From positions 249,240,001 to 249,304,000 of the forward strand of contig OZ024741.1 in the NCBI GenBank assembly GCA_964016885.1: a stretch of DNA of 64,000 nucleotides, in the 5' to 3' direction. This DNA is from Eledone cirrhosa. Lineage: Eukaryota. Under the pieces are notes generated by a model that worked only from the letters and a program-made list of their open reading frames with translations, had not been told where the DNA came from and ran no database searches. Numbering within the stretch: position 1 is the first letter of the stretch; each line of letters starts with the position of its first letter. Made by a program: the position numbers and the translations under genes. This document shows, one piece after another, positions 11,490-26,100 of this stretch.

Positions 11490-14400
11490 GGGGAGATAAT
11501 TTCCAGCCGTCCAAGGGGAGATAATTTTTTTAAAAAAATCAGGCGGAGATAATTTGTAAACAAAAATCAGGGGGAGATAATTTGTAAAAAAAAATCAGGG
11601 GGAGATAATTTGTAAAAAAAAATCAGGGGGAGATAATTTGTAAAAAAAATCAAGGGGAGATAATTTCCAGCCGTCCAAGGGGAGGTAATATCTAGCCATC
11701 CAAGGGGAGATAATTTCCAGCCGTCCAAGGGGAGATAATATCCAGCCGTCCAAGGAGACATATTTTCCAGCCGTCCAAGGAGACGTAATTTCTAGCCGTC
11801 CAAGGGGAGATAAGTTCCAGCCTCCAAGGGGAGATAATTTCCAGCCAGCCAAGGGGAGATAATTTGTAAAAAAATTAGGGGGAGATAATTTGTAAAAAAA
11901 AATTAGGGGGAGATAATTTGTAAAAAAAAATCAGGGGGAGATAATTTGTAAAAAAAAATCAGGGGGAGATAATTTGTAAAAAAAATCAAGGGGAGATAAT
12001 TTCCAGCCGTCCAAGGGGAGATAATTTTCAGCCGTCCAAGGAGAGGTAAATTCTAGCCGTCCAAGGAGATATAATTTCCAGCCGTCCAAGGGGAGATAAT
12101 TTCCAGCCAGCCAAGGGGAGATAATTTGTAAAAAAATCAGGGGGAGATAATTTGTAAAAAAAAAATCAGGGGGAGATAATTTGTAAAAAAATCAGGGGGA
12201 GATAATTTGTAAAAAAAAAATCAGGGGGAGATAATTTGTAAAAAAAATCAGGGGGAGATAATTTGTAAAAAAAATCAGGGGTAGATAATTTGTAAAAAAA
12301 ATCAGGGGGAGATAATTTGTAAAAAAAATCAGGGGGAGATAATTTGTAAAAAAAATCAGGGGTAGATAATTTTCAGCCCTCCAAGGGGAGATAATTTCCA
12401 TCCTTCCAAGGGGAGATAATTTCCAGCCGTCCAAGGGGAGATAATTTCCCGCCAGCCAAGGAGAGATAACATTTAAAAAAATCAGGCGGAGATAATTTGT
12501 AAAAAAAATCAGGGGGAGATAATTTGTAAAAAATCAGGGGGAGATAATTTGTAAAAAAAAATCAGGGGGAGATAATTTGTAAAAAAAAATCAGGGGGAGA
12601 TAATTTGTAAAAAAAAATCAGGGGGAGATAATTTGTAAAAAAAAAATCAGGGGGAGATAATTTGTAAAAAAATCAAGGGGAGATAATTTCCAGCCGTCCA
12701 AGGGGAGATAATTTTCAGCCGTCCAAGGAGAGGTAATTTCTAGCCGTCCAAGGGGAGATAATTTCCAGCCGTCCAAGGGGAGATAATTTTTTTTAAAAAA
12801 TCAGGCGGAGATAATTTGTAAACAAAAATCAGGGGGAGATAATTTGTAAAAAAAATCAGGGGGAGATAATTTGTAAAAAAAAAATCAGGGGGTGATAATT
12901 TGTAAAAAAATCAAGGGGAGATAATTTCCAGCCGTCCAAGGGGAGATAATTTTCAGCCGTCCAAGGAGAGGTAATTTCTAGCCGTCCAAGGGGAGATAAT
13001 TTCCAGCCAGCCAAGGGGAGATAATTTGTAAAAAAATCAGGGGTAGATAATTTGTAAAAAAAAATCAGGGGGAGATAATTTGTAAAAAAAATCAGGGGGA
13101 GATAATTTGTAAAAAAAATCAGGGGTAGATAATTTCCAGCCGTCCAAGGGGAGATAATTTCCATCCTTCCAAGGGGAGATAATTTCCAGCCGTCCAAGGG
13201 GAGATAATTTCCCGCCAGCCAAGGAGAGATAACATTTAAAAAAATCAGGCGGAGATAATTTGTAAAAAAAATCAGGGGGAGATAATTTGTAAAAAAATCA
13301 GGGGGAGATAATTTGTAAAAAAAATCAGGGGAAGATAATTTGTAAAAAAAATCAGGGGTAGATAATTTGTAAAAAAAATCAGGGGGAGATAATTTGTAAA
13401 AAAAATCAGGGGGAGATAATTTGTAAAAAAAATCAGGGGTAGATAATTTCCCGCCAGGGGAGATAATTTCCCGCCAGCCAAGGAGAGATAATATTTAAAA
13501 AAATCAGGCGGAGATAATTTGTAAAAAAAATCAGGGGGAGATAATTTGTAAAAAAATCAAGGGGAGATAATTTCCAGCCGTCCAAGGGGAGATAATTTTC
13601 AGCCGTCCAAGGAGAGGTAATTTCTAGCCGTCCAAGGGGAGATAATTTCCAGCCGTCCAAGGGGAGATAATTTTTTTAAAAAAATCAGGCGGAGATAATT
13701 TGTAAACAAAAATCAGGGGGAGATAATTTGTAAAAAAAAATCAGGGGGAGATAATTTGTAAAAAAAAATCAGGGGGAGATAATTTGTAAAAAAAATCAAG
13801 GGGAGATAATTTCCAGCCGTCCAAGGGGAGGTAATATCTAGCCATCCAAGGGGAGATAATTTCCAGCCGTCCAAGGGGAGATAATTTCCAGCCGTCCAAG
13901 GGGAGATAATATCCAGCCGTCCAAGGAGACATATTTTCCAGCCGTCCAAGGAGACGTAATTTCTAGCCGTCCAAGGGGAGATAAGTTCCAGCCTCCAAGG
14001 GGAGATAATTTCCAGCCAGCCAAGGGGAGATAATTTGTAAAAAAATTAGGGGGAGATAATTTGTAAAAAAAAATTAGGGGGAGATAATTTGTAAAAAAAA
14101 ATCAGGGGGAGATAATTTGTAAAAAAAAATCAGGGGGAGATAATTTGTAAAAAAAATCAAGGGGAGATAATTTCCAGCCGTCCAAGGGGAGATAATTTTC
14201 AGCCGTCCAAGGAGAGGTAAATTCTAGCCGTCCAAGGAGATATAATTTCCAGCCGTCCAAGGGGAGATAATTTCCAGCCGTCCAAGGGAGATAATTTTTA
14301 AAAAAAAATCAGGCGGAGATAATTTGTAAACAAAAATCAGGGGGAGATAATTTTTTAAAAAAAATCAGGGGGAGATAATTTGTAAAAAAAAATCAGGGGG

Positions 14401-17400
14401 AGATAATTTGTAAAAAAAATCAAGGGGAGATAATTTCCAGCCGTCCAAGGGGAGGTAATATCTAGCCATCCAAGGGGAGATAATTTCCAGCCGTCCAAGG
14501 AGAGATAATATCCAGCCGTCCAAGGAGACATATTTTCCAGCCGTCCAAGAAGAGGTAATTTCTAGCCGTCCAAGGGGAGATAAGTTCCAGCCTCCAAGGG
14601 GAGATAATTTCCAGCCAGCCAAGGGGAGATAATTTGTAAAAAAATCAGGGGGGAGATAATTTGTAAAAAAAATCAGGGGGAGATAATTTGAAAAAAAAAT
14701 CAGGGGGAGATAATTTGTAAAAAATATCAAGGGGAGATAATTTCCAGCCCTCCAAGGGGCTATAATTTCCAGCCGTGCAAGGGGAGATAATTTCCAGCCG
14801 TCCAAGGGGAGATAATTTCCATCCTTCCAAGGGGAGATAATTTCCAGCCGTCCAAGGGGAGATAATTTCCCGCCAGCCAAGGGAAGATAATTTTTTTAAA
14901 AATCAGGCGGAGATTGTAAAAAAAATCAGGGGGAGATAATTTGTAAAAAAATCAGGGGGAGATAATTTGTAAAAAAAAAATCAGGGGGAGATAATTTGTA
15001 AAAAAAAATCAGGGGGAGATAATTTGTAAAAAAAATCAGGGAGAGATAATTTGTAAAAAAAATCAGGGGTAGATAATTTGTAAAAAAAATCAGGGGGAGA
15101 TAATTTGTAAAAAAAATCAGGGGGAGATAATTTGTAAAAAAAATCAGGGGTAGATAATTTTCAGCCGTCCAAGGGGAGATAATTTCCATCCTTCCAAGGG
15201 GAGATAATTTCCAGCCGTCCAAGGGGAGATAATTTCCCGCCAGCCAAGGAGAGATAACATTTAAAAAAATCAGGCGGAGATAATTTGTAAAAAAATCAGG
15301 GGGAGATAATTTGTAAAAAAAATCAGGGGTAGATAATTTCCAGCCGTCCAAGGGGAGATAATTTCCATCCTTCCGAGGGGAGATAATTTCCAGCCGTCCA
15401 AGGGGAGATAATTTCCCGCCAGCCAAGGAGAGATAATATTTAAAAAAATCAGGCGGAGATAATTTGTAAAAAAAATCAGGGGGAGATAATTTGTAAAAAA
15501 AAATCAGGGGGAGATAATTTGTAAAAAAAAATCAGGGGGAGATAATTTGTAAAAAAAAATCAGGGGTAGATAATTTGTAAAAAAAAATCAGGGGGAGATA
15601 ATTTGTAAAAAAAAAATCAAGGGGAGATAATTTCCAGCCGTCCAAGGGGAGATAATTTTCAGCCGTCCAAGGAGAGGTAATTTCTAGCCGTCCAAGGGGA
15701 GATAATTTCCAGCCAGCCAAGGGGAGATAATTTCCCGCCAGCCAAGGAGAGATAACATTTAAAAAAATCAGGCGGAGATAATTTGTAAAAAAAATCAGGG
15801 GGAGATAATTTGTAAAAAAATCAGGGGGAGATAATTTGTAAAAAAAATCAGGGGTAGATAATTTCCAGCCGTCCAAGGGGAGATAATTTCCATCCTTCCA
15901 AGGGGAGATAATTTCCAGCCGTCCAAGGGGAGATAATTTCCCGCCAGCCAAGGAGAGATAATATTTAAAAAAATCAGGCGGAGATAATTTGTAAAAAAAA
16001 TCAGGGGGAGATAATTTGTAAAAAAATCAGGGGGAGATAATTTGTAAAAAAAAATCAGGGGAGATAATTTGTAAAAAAAATCAGGGGGAGATAATTTGTA
16101 AAAAAAAATCAGGGGTAGATAATTTGTAAAAAAAAATCAGGGGGAGATAATTTGTAAAAAAAAAATCAGGGGGAGATAATTTGTAAAAAAATCAAGGGGA
16201 GATAATTTCCAGCCGTCCAAGGGGAGATAATTTTTTTAAAAAAATCAGGCGGAGATAATTTGTAAACAAAAATCAGGGGGAGATAATTTGTAAAAAAAAA
16301 TCAGGGGGAGATAATTTGTAAAAAAAAATCAGGGGGAGATAATTTGTAAAAAAAATCAAGGGGAGATAATTTCCAGCCGTCCAAGGGGAGGTAATATCTA
16401 GCCATCCAAGGGGAGATAATTTCCAGCCGTCCAAGGGGAGATAATATCCAGCCGTCCAAGGAGACATATTTTCCAGCCGTCCAAGGAGACGTAATTTCTA
16501 GCCGTCCAAGGGGAGATAAGTTCCAGCCTCCAAGGGGAGATAATTTCCAGCCAGCCAAGGGGAGATAATTTGTAAAAAAATTAGGGGGAGATAATTTGTA
16601 AAAAAAAATTAGGGGGAGATAATTTGTAAAAAAAAATCAGGGGGAGATAATTTGTAAAAAAAAATCAGGGGGAGATAATTTGTAAAAAAAATCAAGGGGA
16701 GATAATTTCCAGCCGTCCAAGGGGAGATAATTTTCAGCCGTCCAAGGAGAGGTAAATTCTAGCCGTCCAAGGAGATATAATTTCCAGCCGTCCAAGGGGA
16801 GATAATTTCCAGCCAGCCAAGGGGAGATAATTTGTAAAAAAATCAGGGGGAGATAATTTGTAAAAAAAAAATCAGGGGGAGATAATTTGTAAAAAAATCA
16901 GGGGGAGATAATTTGTAAAAAAAAAATCAGGGGGAGATAATTTGTAAAAAAAATCAGGGGGAGATAATTTGTAAAAAAAATCAGGGGTAGATAATTTGTA
17001 AAAAAAATCAGGGGGAGATAATTTGTAAAAAAAATCAGGGGGAGATAATTTGTAAAAAAAATCAGGGGTAGATAATTTTCAGCCCTCCAAGGGGAGATAA
17101 TTTCCATCCTTCCAAGGGGAGATAATTTCCAGCCGTCCAAGGGGAGATAATTTCCCGCCAGCCAAGGAGAGATAACATTTAAAAAAATCAGGCGGAGATA
17201 ATTTGTAAAAAAAATCAGGGGGAGATAATTTGTAAAAAATCAGGGGGAGATAATTTGTAAAAAAAAATCAGGGGGAGATAATTTGTAAAAAAAAATCAGG
17301 GGGAGATAATTTGTAAAAAAAAATCAGGGGGAGATAATTTGTAAAAAAAAAATCAGGGGGAGATAATTTGTAAAAAAATCAAGGGGAGATAATTTCCAGC

Positions 17401-20400
17401 CGTCCAAGGGGAGATAATTTTCAGCCGTCCAAGGAGAGGTAATTTCTAGCCGTCCAAGGGGAGATAATTTCCAGCCGTCCAAGGGGAGATAATTTTTTTT
17501 AAAAAATCAGGCGGAGATAATTTGTAAACAAAAATCAGGGGGAGATAATTTGTAAAAAAAATCAGGGGGAGATAATTTGTAAAAAAAAAATCAGGGGGTG
17601 ATAATTTGTAAAAAAATCAAGGGGAGATAATTTCCAGCCGTCCAAGGGGAGATAATTTTCAGCCGTCCAAGGAGAGGTAATTTCTAGCCGTCCAAGGGGA
17701 GATAATTTCCAGCCAGCCAAGGGGAGATAATTTGTAAAAAAATCAGGGGTAGATAATTTGTAAAAAAAAATCAGGGGGAGATAATTTGTAAAAAAAATCA
17801 GGGGGAGATAATTTGTAAAAAAAATCAGGGGTAGATAATTTCCAGCCGTCCAAGGGGAGATAATTTCCATCCTTCCAAGGGGAGATAATTTCCAGCCGTC
17901 CAAGGGGAGATAATTTCCCGCCAGCCAAGGAGAGATAACATTTAAAAAAATCAGGCGGAGATAATTTGTAAAAAAAATCAGGGGGAGATAATTTGTAAAA
18001 AAATCAGGGGGAGATAATTTGTAAAAAAAATCAGGGGAAGATAATTTGTAAAAAAAATCAGGGGTAGATAATTTGTAAAAAAAATCAGGGGGAGATAATT
18101 TGTAAAAAAAATCAGGGGGAGATAATTTGTAAAAAAAATCAGGGGTAGATAATTTCCCGCCAGGGGAGATAATTTCCCGCCAGCCAAGGAGAGATAATAT
18201 TTAAAAAAATCAGGCGGAGATAATTTGTAAAAAAAATCAGGGGGAGATAATTTGTAAAAAAATCAAGGGGAGATAATTTCCAGCCGTCCAAGGGGAGATA
18301 ATTTTCAGCCGTCCAAGGAGAGGTAATTTCTAGCCGTCCAAGGGGAGATAATTTCCAGCCGTCCAAGGGGAGATAATTTTTTTAAAAAAATCAGGCGGAG
18401 ATAATTTGTAAACAAAAATCAGGGGGAGATAATTTGTAAAAAAAAATCAGGGGGAGATAATTTGTAAAAAAAAATCAGGGGGAGATAATTTGTAAAAAAA
18501 ATCAAGGGGAGATAATTTCCAGCCGTCCAAGGGGAGGTAATATCTAGCCATCCAAGGGGAGATAATTTCCAGCCGTCCAAGGGGAGATAATTTCCAGCCG
18601 TCCAAGGGGAGATAATATCCAGCCGTCCAAGGAGACATATTTTCCAGCCGTCCAAGGAGACGTAATTTCTAGCCGTCCAAGGGGAGATAAGTTCCAGCCT
18701 CCAAGGGGAGATAATTTCCAGCCAGCCAAGGGGAGATAATTTGTAAAAAAATTAGGGGGAGATAATTTGTAAAAAAAAATTAGGGGGAGATAATTTGTAA
18801 AAAAAAATCAGGGGGAGATAATTTGTAAAAAAAAATCAGGGGGAGATAATTTGTAAAAAAAATCAAGGGGAGATAATTTCCAGCCGTCCAAGGGGAGATA
18901 ATTTTCAGCCGTCCAAGGAGAGGTAAATTCTAGCCGTCCAAGGAGATATAATTTCCAGCCGTCCAAGGGGAGATAATTTCCAGCCGTCCAAGGGGAGATA
19001 ATTTTTAAAAAAAAATCAGGCGGAGATAATTTGTAAACAAAAATCAGGGGGAGATAATTTTTTAAAAAAAATCAGGGGGAGATAATTTGTAAAAAAAAAT
19101 CAGGGGGAGATAATTTGTAAAAAAAATCAAGGGGAGATAATTTCCAGCCGTCCAAGGGGAGGTAATATCTAGCCATCCAAGGGGAGATAATTTCCAGCCG
19201 TCCAAGGAGAGATAATATCCAGCCGTCCAAGGAGACATATTTTCCAGCCGTCCAAGAAGAGGTAATTTCTAGCCGTCCAAGGGGAGATAAGTTCCAGCCT
19301 CCAAGGGGAGATAATTTCCAGCCAGCCAAGGGGAGATAATTTGTAAAAAAATCAGGGGGGAGATAATTTGTAAAAAAAATCAGGGGGAGATAATTTGAAA
19401 AAAAAATCAGGGGGAGATAATTTGTAAAAAATATCAAGGGGAGATAATTTCCAGCCCTCCAAGGGGCTATAATTTCCAGCCGTGCAAGGGGAGATAATTT
19501 CCAGCCGTCCAAGGGGAGATAATTTCCATCCTTCCAAGGGGAGATAATTTCCAGCCGTCCAAGGGGAGATAATTTCCCGCCAGCCAAGGGAAGATAATTT
19601 TTTTAAAAATCAGGCGGAGATTGTAAAAAAAATCAGGGGGAGATAATTTGTAAAAAAATCAGGGGGAGATAATTTGTAAAAAAAAAATCAGGGGGAGATA
19701 ATTTGTAAAAAAAAATCAGGGGGAGATAATTTGTAAAAAAAATCAGGGAGAGATAATTTGTAAAAAAAATCAGGGGTAGATAATTTGTAAAAAAAATCAG
19801 GGGGAGATAATTTGTAAAAAAAATCAGGGGGAGATAATTTGTAAAAAAAATCAGGGGTAGATAATTTTCAGCCGTCCAAGGGGAGATAATTTCCATCCTT
19901 CCAAGGGGAGATAATTTCCAGCCGTCCAAGGGGAGATAATTTCCCGCCAGCCAAGGAGAGATAACATTTAAAAAAATCAGGCGGAGATAATTTGTAAAAA
20001 AATCAGGGGGAGATAATTTGTAAAAAAAATCAGGGGTAGATAATTTCCAGCCGTCCAAGGGGAGATAATTTCCATCCTTCCGAGGGGAGATAATTTCCAG
20101 CCGTCCAAGGGGAGATAATTTCCCGCCAGCCAAGGAGAGATAATATTTAAAAAAATCAGGCGGAGATAATTTGTAAAAAAAATCAGGGGGAGATAATTTG
20201 TAAAAAAAAATCAGGGGGAGATAATTTGTAAAAAAAAATCAGGGGGAGATAATTTGTAAAAAAAAATCAGGGGTAGATAATTTGTAAAAAAAAATCAGGG
20301 GGAGATAATTTGTAAAAAAAAAATCAAGGGGAGATAATTTCCAGCCGTCCAAGGGGAGATAATTTTCAGCCGTCCAAGGAGAGGTAATTTCTAGCCGTCC

Positions 20401-20927
20401 AAGGGGAGATAATTTCCAGCCAGCCAAGGGGAGATAATTTCCCGCCAGCCAAGGAGAGATAACATTTAAAAAAATCAGGCGGAGATAATTTGTAAAAAAA
20501 ATCAGGGGGAGATAATTTGTAAAAAAATCAGGGGGAGATAATTTGTAAAAAAAATCAGGGGTAGATAATTTCCAGCCGTCCAAGGGGAGATAATTTCCAT
20601 CCTTCCAAGGGGAGATAATTTCCAGCCGTCCAAGGGGAGATAATTTCCCGCCAGCCAAGGAGAGATAATATTTAAAAAAATCAGGCGGAGATAATTTGTA
20701 AAAAAAATCAGGGGGAGATAATTTGTAAAAAAATCAGGGGGAGATAATTTGTAAAAAAAAATCAGGGGAGATAATTTGTAAAAAAAATCAGGGGGAGATA
20801 ATTTGTAAAAAAAAATCAGGGGTAGATAATTTGTAAAAAAAAATCAGGGGGAGATAATTTGTAAAAAAAAAATCAGGGGGAGATAATTTGTAAAAAAATC
20901 AAGGGGAGATAATTTCCAGCCGTCCAA
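11490..20927. repeat. 4,706/4,707-bp near-perfect tandem duplication (11490-16195 / 16196-20902)
   Basis: ORF offsets 11567->16273, 13272->17978 and 14365->19072. Both copies share an 8-mer P, gggggtgataa and ttccgagggg. A lone A monomer marks the junction at 16196-16220. Confidence 0.88.
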
Positions 20928-23900
20928 AGGGAGATAATTTTCAGCCGTCCAAGGAGGTAATTTCTAGCCGTCCAAGGGGAGATAATTTCCAGCCGTCCAA
21001 GGGGAGATAATTTTTTTAAAAAAATCAGGCGGAGATAATTTGTAAACAAAAATCAGGGGGAGATAATTTGTAAAAAAAAATCAGGGGGAGATAATTTGTA
21101 AAAAAAAATCAGGGGGAGATAATTTGTAAAAAAAATCAAGGGGAGATAATTTCCAGCCGTCCAAGGGGAGGTAATATCTAGCCATCCAAGGGGAGATAAT
21201 TTCCAGCCGTCCAAGGGGAGATAATTTCCAGCCGTCCAAGGGGAGATAATATCCAGCCGTCCAAGGAGACATATTTTCCAGCCGTCCAAGGAGAGGTAAT
21301 TTCTAGCCGTCCAAGGGGAGATAAGTTCCAGCCTCCAAGGGGAGATAATTTCCAGCCAGCCAAGGGGAGATAATTTATAAAAAATCAGCGGGAGATAATT
21401 TTTAAAAAAAAAATCAGGGGGAGATAATTTGTAAAAAAATCAGGGGGAGATAATTTGTAAAAAAAAAATCAGGGGGAGATAATTTGTAAAAAAAATCAGG
21501 GGGAGATAATTTGTAAAAAAAATCAGGGGTAGATAATTTGTAAAAAAAATCAGGGGGAGATAATTTGTAAAAAAAATCAGGGGGAGATAATTTGTAAAAA
21601 AAATCAGGGGTAGATAATTTGTAAAAAAAAATCAGGGGGAGATAATTTGTAAAAAAAATCAGGGGGAGATAATTTGTAAAAAAAATCAGGGGTAGATAAT
21701 TTCCAGCCGTCCAAGGGGAGATAATTTCCATCCTTCCAAGGGGAGATAATTTCCAGCCGTCCAAGGGGAGATAATTTCCCGCCAGCCAAGGAGAGATAAC
21801 ATTTAAAAAAATCAGGCGGAGATAATTTGTAAAAAAAATCAGGGGGAGATAATTTGTAAAAAAATCAGGGGGAGATAATTTGTAAAAAAAATCAGGGGTA
21901 GATAATTTCCAGCCGTCCAAGGGGAGATAATTTCCATCCTTCCAAGGGGAGATAATTTCCAGCCGTCCAAGGGGAGATAATTTCCCGCCAGCCAAGGAGA
22001 GATAATATTTAAAAAAATATGCGGAGATAATTTGTAAAAAAAATCAGGGGGAGATAATTTGTAAAAAAATCAGGGGGAGATAATTTGTAAAAAAAATCAG
22101 GGGGAGATAATTTGTAAAAAAAATCAGGGGTAGATAATTTGTAAAAAAAATCAGGGGGAGATAATTTGTAAAAAAAATCAGGGGGAGATAATTTGTAAAA
22201 AAAATCAGGGGTAGATAATTTCCCGCCAGGGGAGATAATTTCCCGCCAGCCAAGGAGAGATAATATTTAAAAAAATCAGGCGGAGATAATTTGTAAAAAA
22301 AATCAGGGGGAGATAATTTGTAAAAAAATCAAGGGGAGATAATTTCCAGCCGTCCAAGGGGAGATAATTTTCAGCCGTCCAAGGAGAGGTAATTTCTAGC
22401 CGTCCAAGGGGAGATAATTTCCAGCCGTCCAAGGGGAGATAATTTTTTAAAAAAAATCAGGCGGAGATAATTTGTAAACAAAAATCAGGGGGAGATAATT
22501 TGTAAAAAAAAATCAGGGGGAGATAATTTGTAAAAAAAAATCAGGGGGAGATAATTTGTAAAAAAAATCAAGGGGAGATAATTTCCAGCCGTCCAAGGGG
22601 AGGTAATATCTAGCCATCCAAGGGGAGATAATTTCCAGCCGTCCAAGGGGAGATAATTTCCAGCCGTCCAAGGGGAGATAATATCCAGCCGTCCAAGGAG
22701 ACATATTTTCCAGCCGTCCAAGGAGACGTAATTTCTAGCCGTCCAAGGGGAGATAAGTTCCAGCCTCCAAGGGGAGATAATTTCCAGCCAGCCAAGGGGA
22801 GATAATTTGTAAAAAAATTAGGGGGAGATAATTTGTAAAAAAAAATTAGGGGGAGATAATTTGTAAAAAAAAATCAGGGGGAGATAATTTGTAAAAAAAA
22901 ATCAGGGGGAGATAATTTGTAAAAAAAATCAAGGGGAGATAATTTCCAGCCGTCCAAGGGGAGATAATTTTCAGCCGTCCAAGGAGAGGTAAATTCTAGC
23001 CGTCCAAGGAGATATAATTTCCAGCCGTCCAAGGGGAGATAATTTCCAGCCGTCCAAGGGGAGATAATTTTTAAAAAAAAATCAGGCGGAGATAATTTGT
23101 AAACAAAAATCAGGGGGAGATAATTTTTTAAAAAAAATCAGGGGGAGATAATTTGTAAAAAAAAATCAGGGGGAGATAATTTGTAAAAAAAATCAAGGGG
23201 AGATAATTTCCAGCCGTCCAAGGGGAGGTAATATCTAGCCATCCAAGGGGAGATAATTTCCAGCCGTCCAAGGGGAGATAATATCCAGCCGTCCAAGGAG
23301 ACATATTTTCCAGCCGTCCAAGGAGAGGTAATTTCTAGCCGTCCAAGGGGAGATAAGTTCCAGCCTCCAAGGGGAGATAATTTCCAGCCAGCCAAGGGGA
23401 GATAATTTGTAAAAAAATCAGGGGGGAGATAATTTGTAAAAAAAATCAGGGGGAGATAATTTGAAAAAAAAATCAGGGGGAGATAATTTGTAAAAAATAT
23501 CAAGGGGAGATAATTTCCAGCCCTCCAAGGGGCTATAATTTCCAGCCGTGCAAGGGGAGATAATTTCCAGCCGTCCAAGGGGAGATAATTTCCATCCTTC
23601 CAAGGGGAGATAATTTCCAGCCGTCCAAGGGGAGATAATTTCCCGCCAGCCAAGGGAAGATAATTTTTTTAAAAATCAGGCGGAGATTGTAAAAAAAATC
23701 AGGGGGAGATAATTTGTAAAAAAATCAGGGGGAGATAATTTGTAAAAAAAAAATCAGGGGGAGATAATTTGTAAAAAAAAATCAGGGGGAGATAATTTGT
23801 AAAAAAAATCAGGGGGAGATAATTTGTAAAAAAAATCAGGGGTAGATAATTTGTAAAAAAAATCAGGGGGAGATAATTTGTAAAAAAAATCAGGGGGAGA

Positions 23901-26100
23901 TAATTTGTAAAAAAAATCAGGGGTAGATAATTTTCAGCCGTCCAAGGGGAGATAATTTCCATCCTTCCAAGGGGAGATAATTTCCAGCCGTCCAAGGGGA
24001 GATAATTTCCCGCCAGCCAAGGAGAGATAACATTTAAAAAAATCAGGCGGAGATAATTTGTAAAAAAATCAGGGGGAGATAATTTGTAAAAAAAATCAGG
24101 GGTAGATAATTTCCAGCCGTCCAAGGGGAGATAATTTCCATCCTTCCAAGGGGAGATAATTTCCAGCCGTCCAAGGGGAGATAATTTCCCGCCAGCCAAG
24201 GAGAGATAATATTTAAAAAAATCAGGCGGAGATAATTTGTAAAAAAAATCAGGGGGAGATAATTTGTAAAAAAAAATCAGGGGGAGATAATTTGTAAAAA
24301 AAAATCAGGGGGAGATAATTTGTAAAAAAAAATCAGGGGTAGATAATTTGTAAAAAAAAATCAGGGGGAGATAATTTGTAAAAAAAAAATCAAGGGGAGA
24401 TAATTTCCAGCCGTCCAAGGGGAGATAATTTTCAGCCGTCCAAGGAGAGGTAATTTCTAGCCGTCCAAGGGGAGATAATTTCCAGCCAGCCAAGGGGAGA
24501 TAATTTCCCGCCAGCCAAGGAGAGATAACATTTAAAAAAATCAGGCGGAGATAATTTGTAAAAAAAATCAGGGGGAGATAATTTGTAAAAAAATCAGGGG
24601 GAGATAATTTGTAAAAAAAATCAGGGGTAGATAATTTCCAGCCGTCCAAGGGGAGATAATTTCCATCCTTCCAAGGGGAGATAATTTCCAGCCGTCCAAG
24701 GGGAGATAATTTCCCGCCAGCCAAGGAGAGATAATATTTAAAAAAATCAGGCGGAGATAATTTGTAAAAAAAATCAGGGGGAGATAATTTGTAAAAAAAT
24801 CAGGGGGAGATAATTTGTAAAAAAAAATCAGGGGAGATAATTTGTAAAAAAAATCAGGGGGAGATAATTTGTAAAAAAAAATCAGGGGTAGATAATTTGT
24901 AAAAAAAAATCAGGGGGAGATAATTTGTAAAAAAAAAATCAGGGGGAGATAATTTGTAAAAAAATCAAGGGGAGATAATTTCCAGCCGTCCAAAGGGAGA
25001 TAATTTTCAGCCGTCCAAGGAGGTAATTTCTAGCCGTCCAAGGGGAGATAATTTCCAGCCGTCCAAGGGGAGATAATTTTTTTAAAAAAATCAGGCGGAG
25101 ATAATTTGTAAACAAAAATCAGGGGGAGATAATTTGTAAAAAAAAATCAGGGGGAGATAATTTGTAAAAAAAAATCAGGGGGAGATAATTTGTAAAAAAA
25201 ATCAAGGGGAGATAATTTCCAGCCGTCCAAGGGGAGGTAATATCTAGCCATCCAAGGGGAGATAATTTCCAGCCGTCCAAGGGGAGATAATTTCCAGCCG
25301 TCCAAGGGGAGATAATATCCAGCCGTCCAAGGAGACATATTTTCCAGCCGTCCAAGGAGAGGTAATTTCTAGCCGTCCAAGGGGAGATAAGTTCCAGCCT
25401 CCAAGGGGAGATAATTTCCAGCCAGCCAAGGGGAGATAATTTGTAAAAAAATCAGGGGGAGATAATTTGTAAAAAAAAAATCAGGGGGAGATAATTTGTA
25501 AAAAAATCAGGGGGAGATAATTTGTAAAAAAAAAATCAGGGGGAGATAATTTGTAAAAAAAATCAGGGGGAGATAATTTGTAAAAAAAATCAGGGGTAGA
25601 TAATTTGTAAAAAAAATCAGGGGGAGATAATTTGTAAAAAAAATCAGGGGGAGATAATTTATAAAAAAAATCAGGGGTAGATAATTTGTAAAAAAAAATC
25701 AGGGGGAGATAATTTGTAAAAAAAATCAGGGGGAGATAATTTGTAAAAAAAATCAGGGGTAGATAATTTCCAGCCGTCCAAGGGGAGATAATTTCCATCC
25801 TTCCAAGGGGAGATAATTTCCAGCCGTCCAAGGGGAGATAATTTCCCGCCAGCCAAGGAGAGATAACATTTAAAAAAATCAGGCGGAGATAATTTGTAAA
25901 AAAAATCAGGGGGAGATAATTTGTAAAAAAATCAGGGGGAGATAATTTGTAAAAAAAATCAGGGGTAGATAATTTCCAGCCGTCCAAGGGGAGATAATTT
26001 CCATCCTTCCAAGGGGAGATAATTTCCAGCCGTCCAAGGGGAGATAATTTCCCGCCAGCCAAGGAGAGATAATATTTAAAAAAATCAGGCGGAGATAATT
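17750..26100. repeat. Older ~4,066-bp tandem duplication (approximate limits); repeated again at ~36000-44370
   Basis: ORF offsets 17978->22044, 19072->23138, 21053->25119, 36243->40309 and 37337->41403 are all 4066. The copies differ by several SNPs. Confidence 0.82.
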
